DNA of 64,000 nucleotides from Balamuthia mandrillaris (Eukaryota): NCBI GenBank assembly GCA_031835245.2, contig JAVKOQ020000013.1, positions 310,001 to 374,000 of the forward strand, read 5' to 3'. Shown piece by piece: positions 24,115 to 37,400 of this stretch (position 1 is its first letter; each line of letters starts with the position of its first letter). The notes under the pieces were generated by a model. It saw only the letters and a program-made list of their open reading frames with translations, ran no database searches and was not told where the DNA came from. The position numbers and the translations under genes were made by a program.

Positions 24115-27100
24115 TCAAAGCAAATCCTTTCTCTCGGCATGCCTTGGCTCCCTCGTGGAGCTCAACGTGTAGAGCTCCTCATCGGCCATCGGCTGAAAGT
24201 TCGTGATGAAGGGCAATATCTGCGGCACGTGGGTGAGGTTATAGGGCGTCTGCTGGTAGCGCATGATCTCGCTCAGCACCCTGTAGACCAGCCGCCGTTT
24301 GTGAAAGTTGATGAGCCCCTTGATGTGGTCCGGGTTGCCGTCCTCGATGAAGGTGAGGTCCGAGAGGTGGACCCCGAGGTAGGGGATGCAGGGAGGGGCG
24401 CGCTCGCGGAGGGCCACGCGGTAGGTCTTGTAGGAATTGTCGCCCTTCATCAACGCATTTAACTCTCGGAAAAACTGTAACAATATTGTTTGCGATAAGA
24501 AAAGAAAGCAAAGAAAGAGGAAAAGGAGGAGGAAAAATAAATACCCGTTCGCTCTTTTTCGATATTTCTTGTCGTGTGTGGGCCAGCCGATAGACAGTGC
24601 CGTGTTGAAGGCCCGCTAATATGGCCATCAAAGTGTTAAAGTTGTTCAGTTTGTACAAATGCTATTGTTGTTGCAAACGAACACGATACGTTGTTAGCCC
24701 AAGGTGGAATAGAACAGAGGCAAAAACACATACGTGAGCAATGTAAATGAAACGTTCCATGACTTTGATCCGATCCTTTATCTTCTCTTGCTTGACAATG
24801 ATGGTGGCCACCCACATGGAAAAACTGTTGAACGCGTTGATCATGCGCATTACGTTCGGCGCTTTATGCCGCGACGTTCGTGAGGACCATGGTTGCCCGA
24901 ACAACTCAGAAGTCTGTTAATAATATATTTCAGTATTGATGTTAAGAGAGACAAACAGAAATGGAGAAACAAACAAACGCAAGATGCAAAGGAATAGAGA
25001 TATAGGGAGAAAGAAAATTCATGAAGTAACCTTGATAGCGGCGAAGCGTTCAAACTCAACGATGGTGAGTTGCCGGGCAATCTCCAGGTCAGGAACATCA
25101 AATAAAGTTAGAGAGACTGAACAAATGTTCCTGATTTGGATATTTTGAAACAAAAAGGCATGGACATTAGAGAGAATCAGCGAGAAGAGGTGAACAACAT
25201 ACAAAGGTACTTGTGGATCAGGAGGCAGAGAGGGAAAGTTGATGGCATAGCTCTTCTTCTTTTTGTTCAGCTGTTAACGTTCGGCAAGCAAAAGTTAATA
25301 CAGAAAGCTGAGACAGAGACATTGTAACAAACCTTGTTAGTGATGGAGACAACGATTGAATTGGCCATAGGAACATTGATGGGTGTTCGTTCTCGAATGA
25401 TCTTCCCCCGAATAAATATGCGAAGAAGGTTGACAACCACCTCCCCAAAGTCTTCGAAATGCCGGTCGATGAGCTTCTTGAGAATGGCGCAGATACGAAC
25501 CTGCTTTGCAAAGATGTCAGTAGAAGTGTTGCCTGTTATCAACGCTTTTGAAGAATCGAAGGATGAATAAGGCAAAGGCAAAGAAGCTGTTGATGAAGCC
25601 TCATTGAAGTACGAAGGTGATTGGTATTGCGTTGAACGGGGAGAAGTGCGGGAGTTGGCATGTTTTATTTGACTTGAGGTGACGAGGTTTGGCTCGTTTG
25701 TGATTGATGTTATGGAAGGAGAAAAAGAAGTGGAATGAGAAAGTAGAGGAGGAGAAGTAGGACGAGCAAGAGTATGTATTGGTGGGGAAGGCGAGCGACA
25801 GGGAGAGGTGGTAGTTGGTGAGAGAGGCGGATGTACGGGAGATAAACCATGATGTTCGTATTCATTTTCTTCTCCGGCGTCCTCTCGGTCTTCTGTTTCC
25901 CAGTTTCCGCTTATGGTCGATGGTCCTTGACTCCGAAAAGTAGAGGAAAAGGAAGCTGATGATGACGTATAGGAAGCAGGAGAAAGTTCCGTATTGTCTA
26001 CTTCGGTACCACTATTCAGGCTATAAATAGATGCAGGTGACGGGGAAGAGGCTAGTGAAGAAAATGAAAAAGATGAAGAATCAGGGATGTGCTGAGTGGT
26101 TGCATCTTGGAGGCCACCGTTTGCAGGCGTTGGGATAGCTTCATGATAGCAAGCACAAGAAGCGGCAGAGGACGAAGAAGCAGTAGTTGAGTCATTGCAA
26201 GAACACGAAGATGAACATGAAACGGAAGAAGAAGGAGATCGAACAACCGAGGTTGAAATTCCAAGTTGTGAACGCTTAGCAGGGTTGGTGGATGATTTTT
26301 CCAAAGGATGAAGGCTGGAGGGAGGATGGCAAGGACCCGATGCTTGAGGAATAGAGGCGCATCGCGTGGTTCGGCTGAGAATGTTGGAAGTACTGCTTCG
26401 CCTTCTCGTATAGATTTTTTCTGCTTTTACCCATTCTTGGCTAGAACTTCTAATCTTCGTCGTGGCTGTTGGAAGAGATAGCAAGGAAGAAGCAGACGAA
26501 GGAGAGGAAGAAGGGGAGGAAAAAGCAGGAGAGTGAGAGGGCGAAGAAGAAGAGGAGGAAGCAGCAGAGTGAGAGTTACGGGAGAGAAAAGAAAAGGAAG
26601 AGGTAGAAGCAGTAGAGGGAGGAGCGAAAGACGTTCGAAATGGAAGCAACGTGCTTTTGCTGATCTTCTTTCCTTTCTCTTTCTCCTTTTCTCTCTCCTT
26701 CTCCCTCTCCTTTTCTCTCCTCTTTTTCTTCTTCTTCTTGTTGTCGCTAGATTTTTTTTCTTGTATGTGCAACTCCACCTCCCCATCGCTGCTGTATCCT
26801 TCCATCTCGTTTTCCTCTTCTGCCATCAAAGAAGACAGAGAAAGAGCCCCTGTAGAATTACTTAATGCAGCTATAGAAGATGATGAAGATAAAGAAGGAG
26901 AAGTAGACGGTCGAAACGCAAACGTTTGCGGCGGTGGTGATGCAGTTGTAAAACGTTTCGAAGTGCAAGAACGATGGTTGTTGGAAGAGGACATCAAATG
27001 GTGGCTAGTGTTACTGTTGTTGCTGATAGAAGGTCTTCTAACGGGAGAGGGGCTCAACGAGGATACTTCGTGAGACTTGCTGCGTATCCTAAGCTCTTCT

Positions 27101-27856
27101 TTGGTTTTGTTGAGTTGTTCCTTCCGCGAGAAGAAAGGGAGTGAAGGAGAGGAGAAGAAGATTGGAAGTTGAGTCTTGTTGTTGGAAGTGTCTGTGTTAG
27201 GGTTACTCTGTTCGTGATGAGAAGAAGGAGACGAAGAAGACGAAACAAATGGAGATTGCTGGTGAAATGAATATCCACTATTGCTCCTCTTCTTCTTTCT
27301 CTCTAACTCATCTTTGCTGCTGACGTTGTTCGCTTGGGGCTGGGACTGGTGAGCCATGTTACCAATACATATGGTGTTGGCCCGTTCGTGGTGTCTTTGA
27401 CGGGTAGCAACCCCAGAATGCAGGTGATTAGCTCTAGCGCCGTTCGTGCTTACCTCTTCTAAGCTCAGTGATGAAGGAGACGGACTGGGGCTGGTGGCGC
27501 GACGTACGACGCGGTGATGGGGAGAAGAACGCTCTTCTTCTTCGGTGGTAGCATCAGTGAACTCGCGGCCAATAATGAATTTGAGTTGTTCTTCCTCCAT
27601 TCGCGCAGCTCGTTTTGCTTTGAGCGAAGTGGCATCGTACTTTGTTGAAAGAGCGAAAGGGTGAAAGAATGAGAGAAAGAGATGAGACAGAGATAGCAAG
27701 AAAGATCGAGAGAGGAGACAAACCAGTCGTATGATCTTCACCAATAGCTCTTCGGGAGTAGTGAACGACAAGTAAGTCTCAAGGAAAGCTTTCTGCTCGT
27801 TCAAGTCTACAACGAAGATGGAAAACAATCTAATGAGTACAAAGCAAGAGCGAGCG

Positions 27857-27890
<34 letters not shown>

Positions 27891-28907
27891 GAAGTAGAAG
27901 TGAGAGAGAGAGAGAGAGAGAGAGAAGGGAAGAACGAGTCAGTGTTTTTGTTACCAATATAATTTTCACCAGCAGGGGAGGTTATGATGTCGATCAAAGC
28001 ATCCAAAGAAGCGGCCTTGAACATCCTCTCCCCATTGGGGCCTTTGTAATAGATGACCTGCGCTGACGGAGCAGAGGCAGTTTCGCTCGACGAGGAGGAC
28101 GAAGACAAAGACGGCAGCTCAGTGCCCGTATTCGTCAAACCGTCCTTCTTCCCCTCCCGAACGGAGGACAGGTGCACTTTCCCTCCACCGCTCGCGCCAT
28201 TCTCTGCTCCGATGGAGGAGAAGCCGTCCGTAGCTAGAGGGCTCTCCTCTTTGTGGTTGTGATGGGAGTGAGTGTCCTCTTCCTCCTTGCTTGCCTCTAA
28301 ATTCGGTCCTTCCTCCGCACCACGCGATCGTTGTGCCGTCTCCTCCGCTTTTTATTCATGGGCGGGTGCTGGATGAGAAGAGAGCGAGACGGAGGGAGGG
28401 AGAGAGTAGATAGAGAGGGAGGGAGGAGAGAGTAGATAGAGAGAGTAGGAACTGGAAGGCAAACGCAGAAAAGAGAACGATGAAGCAAACGAGAGAAGAG
28501 AGGAGAAGAGAACAATGAAGGGAAGAGAAGAACAGACGGAGCGGCTGAAACAACGAACCCGTAACACAAAAAAACGAGAGCATCTGGTCCCAGAGAACGG
28601 TGTCATCGGCCAGCACTCTCCACCGCCGACACACGCAGGACACGCAACAGAGGTGCTTGCAATCCAGAAAGCTGAACACGTGCAGCAGGAGCTCGTCTGC
28701 CAGGCAGGTGAGGTCGTTCTCCTTGAACTCGTAGCTCATGGCTCGGGCCTTCCGAATGGGCGACGGGAGCCTCTTTCTGCTTCTTCTTTGGTTTTGTGGT
28801 TTCTGAGCATCTCCATCGGTTTCTTTCTCTTTCTCTTTGTCCTTTTCATTTTTGCGGGAGTTGCAGCCGTCGTTTTGCCGCCGTTGTTCGTCCTCTGCAC
28901 GCTCCAT
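24115..28907 (-). CDS. F-box-containing Ras guanine-nucleotide exchange factor (F-box, REM, CDC25), with long Ser-rich insertion
   Basis: F-box LTCLADELLLHVFSFLDCKHLCCVSCVCRRWRVLADDTVLW. REM motifs KAASLDALIDII and FLETYLSFTTPEELL. CDC25 motifs EIARQLTIVEFERF, LNNFNTLMAILAGL and PPCIPYLGVHLSDLTFIEDGNPD..INFHKRR. Start at MERAED is tentative. Confidence 0.88.
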
Positions 28908-29592
28908 GTTCCCTCCTTCTTTTTGCTGTTCCTTCCTGATGAGACTGTTCTTCAGGACCAATGCGCTTTCCGTTCTACAAAAAGCACCAGCAAAGATCTT
29001 CAACGAAGCAAAACGGTGGTTAAACTCTTTCTTCGATAGATGCAAAAGAAGCAAGGTAACATGTCGGTTTTGTGTTTTAAAGCGAAAACGAACCTCTGGT
29101 TCCCTCTATCCCAAAGAGTCGAATCCCCTCTGCTTCTTTTTCCCCTCAGAACCAGGGCAAGCAAAAACAACCACGGGGGGCGGCTATCGTATTTTTTTTC
29201 TAAGATTTTTTTTTTTTTTGGAGGGGTTGGAGAGATCCTCTCCGCTCAACGAGTATGTGCAATAATTTTGGCAAGGCTTTCTCGGCTCCCTCTGCTTCTG
29301 CTTCGAAGGGGTGCCAGGAGGTTGTGTGCGTTCCTGAAAGAAACGACACTGTCGACATATAAACCTTTTTTAGTCTTTCTGGTGCACCTATGACCTACAT
29401 CTCCGTCCAACCTATTATCTAGCCCATTTGAAGGCGAAAGCGAAAGGAAATATGTGTCGACACAAAAAGGATGGATTTCATGCTGACTTCACTAAGGCGG
29501 CGAAATCTAGTGCCTTTCGTTGTCCTTAGATCTTATGATCTTTGCGCCGCCTTAGGCGGGCTGACTTCACCGGGGATAGTTTCATGGTTGCT

Positions 29593-30211
29593 TCAAGCAG
29601 AAGCTTCCTCTTTCGGTTTTTTCTTTGTCCTCCACCCCATGGTCCATCCTCCACCCACCGGTTTGATCCCCACGAAGGATTTTCCTCCCAGGATGGCCCC
29701 GCCTCTCGGTTTCGCCCGGACGGCTCTCTCCAACTTTACCTCTTGCCTCATCCTCTCCATCCATGCCACCCATTCTTCGTTGCTTTCGAATGTGAGTTCT
29801 TCTTCCTCCTCGTCGTATTCGCCGTCATCATAGAAATAAGCCCTTCCGGTTTCCTTCAACGCTTTAGAAGTATCTTCATCGATTAACCTCTGAAGAAGTT
29901 GTCAGCCTTTTATTTGTTTTGTCATCCACAAAGACAAAGCAAAAGGAAAAGGGGAACGGTAGCAGAAACAAAGAATGACAGAAGATGAACAAGAAAGAAG
30001 AACAAGAACAAGAAGGAAAACATAACAAAAAAAAAACCTTGACTCTAACTCCAGGAGGCTCACAGTCATATCGTTCTTCAGGAAAGCACATCCCTTTATC
30101 CGCCGTAGGAGCGTCCTCCTTCTCCGTCTCATCGGAACAACTGGCCCTCACCGATGACACCACCAACCCAAACAATATCCAGAAGAGCAGACCTGTTGGC
30201 CTGGCCTTCAT
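29593..30211 (-). CDS. Small hypothetical secreted protein, 2 exons
   Basis: Signal-peptide-like MKARPTGLLFWILFGLVVSSVRA. A GT..AG intron joins CEPPG to RLIDEDTSKALKETGRAYFYDD in frame. Stop at 29593. Confidence 0.6.
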
Positions 30212-30458
30212 TTTCTTCGTGTGCGCCAACGCAACTTTCCTTTGGTTTCTGAAGGGACGAGAGCCAATAGGAAATCAAAACATTGAAATTTCGGAACCAA
30301 TCAAACAGAAGGAATGACGTAAAAATCCAATGAATTTTCTAAAATTTCAGGTAGGCCATTCCAAAAAAAGTTAAGTTACCTTAAAAATAGAAATAATCTC
30401 CAAAAAAAAAATAGAACGAAAAATAGAACGAAAGAAAAAAAAAGCGTAGCAGCGGAAG

Positions 30459-32350
30459 ATGAGGTCGAAACTCAAAACGGTAGCGGCGGGATGCCGCATG
30501 GGCAGCAGGGCTTCGTGCTTGCCGTTGGCCTCGCGCAGAGCCTTCACCTCCACCACCGCTGGCCTGTTTCAACAACCCAAGAGCCTGCAGGAAGTGGACC
30601 CCGAGGTGGCCGATTTGATCCACAGGGAGAACGAAAGGCAGAGAGATGGGCTGGAACTCATCGCCTCAGAGGTAAGCTGCTAGCTGAAGTTTTCGTGATC
30701 AGCATCCTTTTTTTCAATGCTAAGAAGAGTGGTTTTTGTGTGTGTGCGTGTGTGTGTGCGTTTCTGTCGGTAGAACTTTACTTCGAAGGCTGTGTTGGAG
30801 GCCCTTGGCTCTTGCATGACGAACAAGTACTCGGAGGGTTATCCTGGTGCTAGGTGAGTTTGTTCAAGGCGCTTTCTTTATCTGTTATGGCTTATTTCTC
30901 ACTCTTCGCACTCACTCTTTCTCTCTCTCATCTATTATAAAAAGATATTATGGTGGTAATCAAGTGATAGACGAGAATGAACGTCTTTGTCAAGAACGAG
31001 CACTTAAGGTGTTCGATCTCTCCGACCAAAACTGGGGTGTGAACGTCCAGCCTTACTCCGGTGCGTCACTCAACGGTTTTATTTTTTTCCCTCGCCTCCG
31101 CACTCACTAGTTGTTATGGCGTGTAATGGTTACAGGATCTCCTGCAAACTTTGCGGCCTACACTGCCGTTCTCAACCCACACGATCGCCTTATGGGTTTG
31201 GACCTTCCTCATGGTGGACAGTACGCTTTCTCTGCTATTTCTCTGCTTCTCTTCTCCTTTTCGCATAGCGATTGCATAGAGCATCTGCAACTGCTACTTT
31301 TCCCTCTGTTGTTCTTCTCTTCCTCTCTCCTTCGCTCCTATTATGTTGGTTCTCATAAGCTATCCTCTTTGAACGTTTGCAAAAAAAATAAAGCCTTACA
31401 CACGGCTACATGTCTCCCAAGAAACGCATTTCGGCCACTTCTATCTTCTTCGAGAGCATGCCCTACCGGCTGAACGAGGAAACCGGATACATTGACTATG
31501 ACGCTCTCCATAAGAGCGCCACCTTGTTCCGGCCCAAACTCATCATTGCTGGCGCCAGTGCCTACCCTCGCAACTATGACTACAAACGCATGCATGAGGT
31601 TCTTTATGATTTCACTCATGAGCGTTTGTCTCTTTTAAAACTCATCTTTCTGTTTGTTTGATAGATCTGTCAAGATGTGGGTGCGTTGTTGATGTCCGAC
31701 ATGGCCCATATTTCCGGTCTTGTGGCTGCCAAACAGGTTCCTTCTCCGTTCGAGTACTCTGACATCGTTACCACGACTACCCACAAGACCCTTCGTGGCC
31801 CTCGCGGTGGCATGATTTTCTTCCGAAAGGGAGTCAAGTCCACTGATGCTTCTGGCAACCCTGGTAAATTTTTTACCGTATCTTGCTTTTCATTTCCTCT
31901 TTCTTACTCTATTCCCTTATCTTCATTATTTGAAACCGTCCACCACAATTGCAAAAACTCACCAACCAAATACCTTGTTGCAGTGAATTGGGATTTGGAA
32001 GAAAAGATCAACTTTGCTGTATTTCCCTCTCTGCAAGGCGGCCCCCACAACAACGTGATTGCCGCCTTAAACGTCTGCCTGAAAGAGGCTCTCTCTCCTG
32101 AATTCGCCCTCTACCAACAACAAGTCAAAGCCAACAGCGCCGCATTGGCCCAGTACTTCCTGTCAAAGGGCTACAAGTTGGTCTCTGGCGGTACTGACAA
32201 TCACTTGATGCTGCTAGACTTGAGGCCTGTCAAAGGGGCGGATGGCGCAAGGACAGAGGCCGTCATGGAGATGGCACATATCACGGTGAATAAGAACACT
32301 GTGCCGGGAGATACCAAGCCGTTTGTGCCGGGAGGCATTCGTATTGGTAT

Positions 32351-32386
<36 letters not shown>

Positions 32387-32731
32387 GTTTGTTGTTTTTG
32401 TTTTAACAAAGCAAAAAAATAGGAACACCGGCGATGACGACGAGAGGACTCAAAGAAAAGGACTTTGAGCAGGTGGGCGAATTTCTTCACCGCGCCATTC
32501 AAATCACCGCTAAAATCGCCAACCAAGGTTTATCCTTTCTCTTCTTGTTATTCTTCTTTCTTCTCCTCTATTTTTTTCTCACACTGTTCTTCTCAACTTT
32601 AAACAATAGGCTCGAATGGAAGCAGCCTGAAGGCATTCAAGACAGCTTTGACCCAAGGGGAGCATCCGGATATCAAGAATCTGGCCGCGGATGTGAAGAG
32701 CTTTGCCTCCAAGTTCCCCATGCCGGCTTAA
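30459..32731 (+). CDS. SHMT: Serine hydroxymethyltransferase, mitochondrial type, multi-exon
   Basis: Presequence, then [53 protein letters not shown]-lysine motif [32 protein letters not shown] and GGIRIGT. Confidence 0.97.
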
Positions 32732-32954
32732 AAATAGTTTTCTTCCTTTCTTTTTCTCTTCTGTTTATTTTTTTTGGTTTTAGTAAAAAAACAGCGAAAT
32801 TGATAGAAAAAAGATAGAAAATCAAAAGAAGAAATAGAGAAAACATTACCTCCACGCTTTTCAACCTTTTAACACCTGTCAATTTTTTTTCTGAACTATT
32901 TAACTAACAATAACCACCACAAGAAATCAGAGTTAAAGCAACCTCTGAAAGCAA

Positions 32955-34377
32955 ATGACTTCGGTAGGATACCACCACATCGAGAGCCTTCACAAGCGAG
33001 CTCCCGAGTTTTTCTCACTGCCCTTTTCTCACGTCTACGCTCTCGAAAAAATTGACGGTCGTCCCGCTCGCCTCTATTTTACTCTTTCTTCTGACAAAAG
33101 AGAACCTGATGACAACAAACAAAATGGATCTTCTTCAACTTTGAGTGAAAAAAGTGAACTTCACTTGTTTCCAGGTGGGACTCATCCGACCGCTTTCGCA
33201 AGGTTGTTTGCACCTTTGCCGAAACTGAAGAAAAGGATGGAGAAGATGGCCAGGAAGCATGGGTGGACTACTATAACAATTTTCGGGGAATGTTATGGAG
33301 GACGTGACCATGGCATGGAGCACACATACGGCTCAGAGCTGAGGTTCATTGCCTTTGATGTACGTTATTTTCTGCTTCTTTCCTCTCTCTCTCTCTCTCT
33401 CTCTCTCTTCCTCTCTCTCTCCCCTTCTCAAAATACTTTTCTCTTTGTCTTTCTCGCTCTCTCTCTCTCTCTCTCTCTCTCGTTGAGCGCATGGTGCTCA
33501 TCTATGTTTTCTTTTTAAGGTGTCAGTTCGAGAAAGAAGTGAAGAAAAGAAAAACAAGAAGAAAGGTCAAAATGACGCATCCAATGAATCAGCTGAAGAA
33601 GAGGAATCGGGCGAAGAAGAAGGAGAAGAACATTACTTGAAAGTCCCCTTTGCCGAGAAAGTAAGCAAAGAACTTGGACTGGACTTTGTCTATTGGGAGA
33701 AAGGTCCCAAAGACATAGAATGGTTGGAAACTCAAAGAGATCGTCCTTCTGTGCAAGCTCGTAAAAATGGAATTTTCGAGGAACGCATTCGCGAAGGCAT
33801 CATCGTCAAGCCCGCCTCCCCTTCTCCTCCTCTTTCCTCTGCTTCGTCCTCTTCTTCGTTCTCGTGGACAGAAGAAACGACAACCACCACCACAACAAAT
33901 GGGGCTGAGAAGAAGGAGACAACTACCACCAAGAAAAATTTCAAAGCGGACAAAGAGCACAAGTTATGCTTTGCGGATGGGACGAGGGTAATCGGAAAGA
34001 TGAAGGGAGAACCGTTTTGTGAGACGAAGAGCTGCCGAGAGATGAAAGTGAGGGAAGGAGGCGGCCCCATGCTGGAAGATCCCAAAGAGATCGCCGAAGA
34101 GTTTGTCACCAAAGTGCGAATGGATCACGTTATGAATCATTTGAGAGCTTTGGCGGACAAAAGAGATGAAGAATCAAAGAAGAAAGAAAAGCAAGAAGAA
34201 GAAAAAGCGGAAGGAAAGAAGACGAAGAAAGACGAAACGGAAGAAATCGTGGAGGAGATGGTGGAAGACGTGAAGAAGGAGAGCATCGGCGAAGTGGTTT
34301 GGAGCACAGAAGCGGCCAACCAAATACGAAAGAGAACGAGGCAGCTGTTGAGTGAACTGAGGGAAAGCAAATCGTAA
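32955..34377 (+). CDS. ATP-dependent RNA ligase of the Rnl2 family (~420 aa), 2 exons (32955-33359, 33520-34377)
   Basis: Nucleotidyltransferase motifs in order: I ALEKIDG, III IFGECYGG, IIIa FIAFDV, IV REGIIVKP and V RVIGKMK..F.ET. Rnl2-like C-domain EEFVTKVRMDHV..EMVEDVKKE. The 160-nt (CT)n intron splits FD|V in phase 0. Confidence 0.8.
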
Positions 34378-34445
34378 CGCTGTGTAATGTTACACCAAGA
34401 GAGTCTGTTTTTTTTTTGCCTCTGATCATACAAAAGTTTTTGTTT

Positions 34446-37400
34446 TCATCTGCGAGAGAGCAACCAGTGAAGACCGAAGCCAAGACCTCCGCCAACGACC
34501 AAGCCAGCAGCAACGCCGATGCCAAGACTCTTGTTTGCCTCTTGCTCCAGCAACAGTTTCTCTTCCAGGGTTACCACCGGCTCTTCCTTGGCGATTTCTT
34601 CCGCCTCTTCGTTCACCTTTCGCTGCTGCTGTTGTTTTCTCAACTCGCGGGCAAGCTGCTCGAGTCGTTGAATCTCCTTCGTCTTCTCCTCCACCTCGCG
34701 CAGCGCTTGTTTCAGGCTCTCCTCTTCTTCGTATTCGGCCTTTTCCTTTTGCTTTGCGCTCGCCTCCTCCTCGACGCGCTGTTGGAAGTTGAAGAGACGA
34801 GAGCGCCAGTCCTCAACCTCCATCAACGCTCTCTCTTTCTCCGTCTCCGCGTCGGTAAGTCTGGATTTGAGTTCTTCGATTTCTTTCTGCAACAGGTGAT
34901 GCTTCTCTTCGGCCTCTTCGTTTGGTTGTTGTTGTTGTTGAACCCCGTTTGCTTCTTGTTTGAGTTTTTGTTCTTCTTCGACTTCCTCCACCACGATGGC
35001 AGTCAGTTTCTTAGCATTCTGTTTTCGGTTCAAAAATAATTATTAAGTTAGACAAAAGAAAGTATAGTAAAGCAAGCAAAAAAGCAAAAGCATTACCTTC
35101 AACTTTAGATACAATTCCAGAAACTCGTCAAACTCGATCGATCCGCTCTTGTCTTTATCGATGTGCTCAAACTCCATCCTGACGAGACGGTTGAGCAGGC
35201 CTTCCCCAACGTTTTTGCCCATTGTGTCTTTCATCAGCTCTTTAAACTCTGAAATGTCGATGCTTCCGGTGTTGTCGGTGTCGCACGCCTCGAACCTTCG
35301 CTTGGCATCAGCCACTTCTTCCTCCGTAAGCCCAAGTTTCTAGTTTTGGTGTTGAGAGAGAGTGAGCGAGTGCAGGAGAAACAGAGAGAAGAATAGCAGG
35401 GAAATAGAGATGAACGAACGGATCCAAGGACAATGCTTCTACGCAAAGCTCTATCTACTGAACTCGCAGCGGCGCTTCGAGGAGTGAGGACAGGCTGTTG
35501 AGCAGCAGCGATGCTGTTCTTCTCCTCTTCCAACTTCTCCACTTTTTCTTTCCACTCGTTTTCTTTTTCTTCCGCTTGCTTCTGTTCCTCTTCCAACTTT
35601 CTTTGCCACTCTTCTATGATTCGCTCTTTCTCTTGTTCCTTTTCTGCTGCTAATCTTTCATTCTCTTCTTTCAGTTTCTTTTCCAACGCTTCCTGCGTTT
35701 CGCTAATAGCAGCGTTCTTTTCGGCTTCCCATCTTCCTTTTTCCTCTTCCACCTTCTTTTGCCATTCTTCTTCCTTTTCTCTGACGGCAGCATTCTTTTC
35801 TTCTTCCCATCTTTCCTTTGCTTCCTCCAACTTCTTTTCAAACTCCATTTCTTTTTCGTTGGCTCCAACGTTCCTCTCTTCCTCCAACTTCTGTTGCCAT
35901 TCCTCTTCTTTTTCTCTGAGAGCGACATTCTTCTCTGCTTCCCATTTTTCTTTCTCCTCTTCCAGTTTCTTTGCTAACTCTTCTTTTTCTCTTGCAACTT
36001 CACTCTGTTCTTCTTCAAACTTGTGTCTCAATTCTTCTTCTTTTGCTCTAACAGCTTCATTCTTCTCTTCCTGCCCGTTTGCTTTCTCTTCTGCCAACTT
36101 CTGTTCCAACTCTTCTTCTTTCGCTTTAATAGCAGCAATCTTTTCTTCCTCCAGTCTTGCTTTTACTTCTTCCAACCTCTTCTCCCATTCTTCCTTTTCA
36201 TTCGCAGAAACGTTCTTTCCTTCTTCTTCCCATTGTTTCTTTTCTGCCTCAAACTTTTGTTGCCATTCTTCCTCCTTTTCTTTGAGAGCAGCATTCTTTT
36301 CCTCTTCAAACCTTTCGTTTTCTTCTTCCAACTTCGTTTGCCATTCTTCTTCTTTTTCTTTGAGAGCAGCGTACTTTTCTTCCTCCAATCTTACTTTCTC
36401 TTCTTCAAACTTCTTTTGAAGCTCTTCTTCTTTTTCGGCGACGGCAGCATTTTTTTCTTCTTCCGCTTTTGCTTTCTCTTCTCCCAACCTCTTTTCCAAC
36501 TCTTCTTTTTCCGTCACTGCGGCATTCTTTTCTTCTTCCAGTCGTTCTTTCTCCTCCGCGAACTTCTTCTCCAACTCGTCTTCCCTTTCTTTCAAAGCGG
36601 CATTCTTTTCTTCCTCCGCTTTCTCTTTTTCTTCATCCAGCTTCTTTTCTAGCTCGCCTTTTTCTTTGAGGGCAGCATTCCTTTCTTCCTGCAACTGCTC
36701 CTTCTCCTCCGCGAACTTCTTCTCCAACTCCTCCTCCTTTTCTCTCAAAGCTGCATTCCTCTCTTCTTCCGATCTTGCTTTCTCCTCCTCCAGCTGTTGT
36801 TCCAAGTTCTCCTTTGCTTTAACAGCAGCGTTCTTGTCTTCCTCAATTCGTTGTTTCTCTTCTGCGAATTGCTTTTCCAGCTCTTCTTCCTTTGCTTTAA
36901 CAGCAGCGTTCTTTGCCTCTTCAAACTGTTCTTTCTCCCCAGCGAACTTCTTCTCCAACTCCTCTTCCTTCTCGTTGACAGCAGCATTCTTTGCCTCTTC
37001 AAACTGTTCTTTCTCTTCCGCAAACTTCTTCTCCAACTCTTCTTCTTTTGCACGGAGGGCAGCATTCCTCTCCTCCTCCGATCTCTCTTTCTCCTCCGCG
37101 AGCTTCTTCTCCAGCTCCTCCTCCTTTTCTCTCAAAGCTGCATTACTCTCTTCTTTCAGCTTTTCCTTCTCCTCATCCAACTTTTGCTGTGTCTCTGCTT
37201 CCGCTCTTTCTCTCTCCTCCGTCAACTTCTGCTGGAGCTCTTCCTCCTTCTGAGCAGCAAGCTTGCTCGTTTCCTCCTCCAAGCGCGTCTTCCACTCCTG
37301 GTCCTTCTCCTCGAGGGCCCTCCGGTGCTCCTCCTCGACGCTGCGTCGTTCCTCCTCGAAGCCGTCGATCAGTTCCTTGACCTCCCTCTCCCTGCGTTGC

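Noticed and set aside
20103..28907. Possible RasGEF-kinase-SH2 fusion gene
   Set aside because: The RasGEF ends in a stop at 24115 followed by an AT-rich 3' region, so the kinase is a separate gene.
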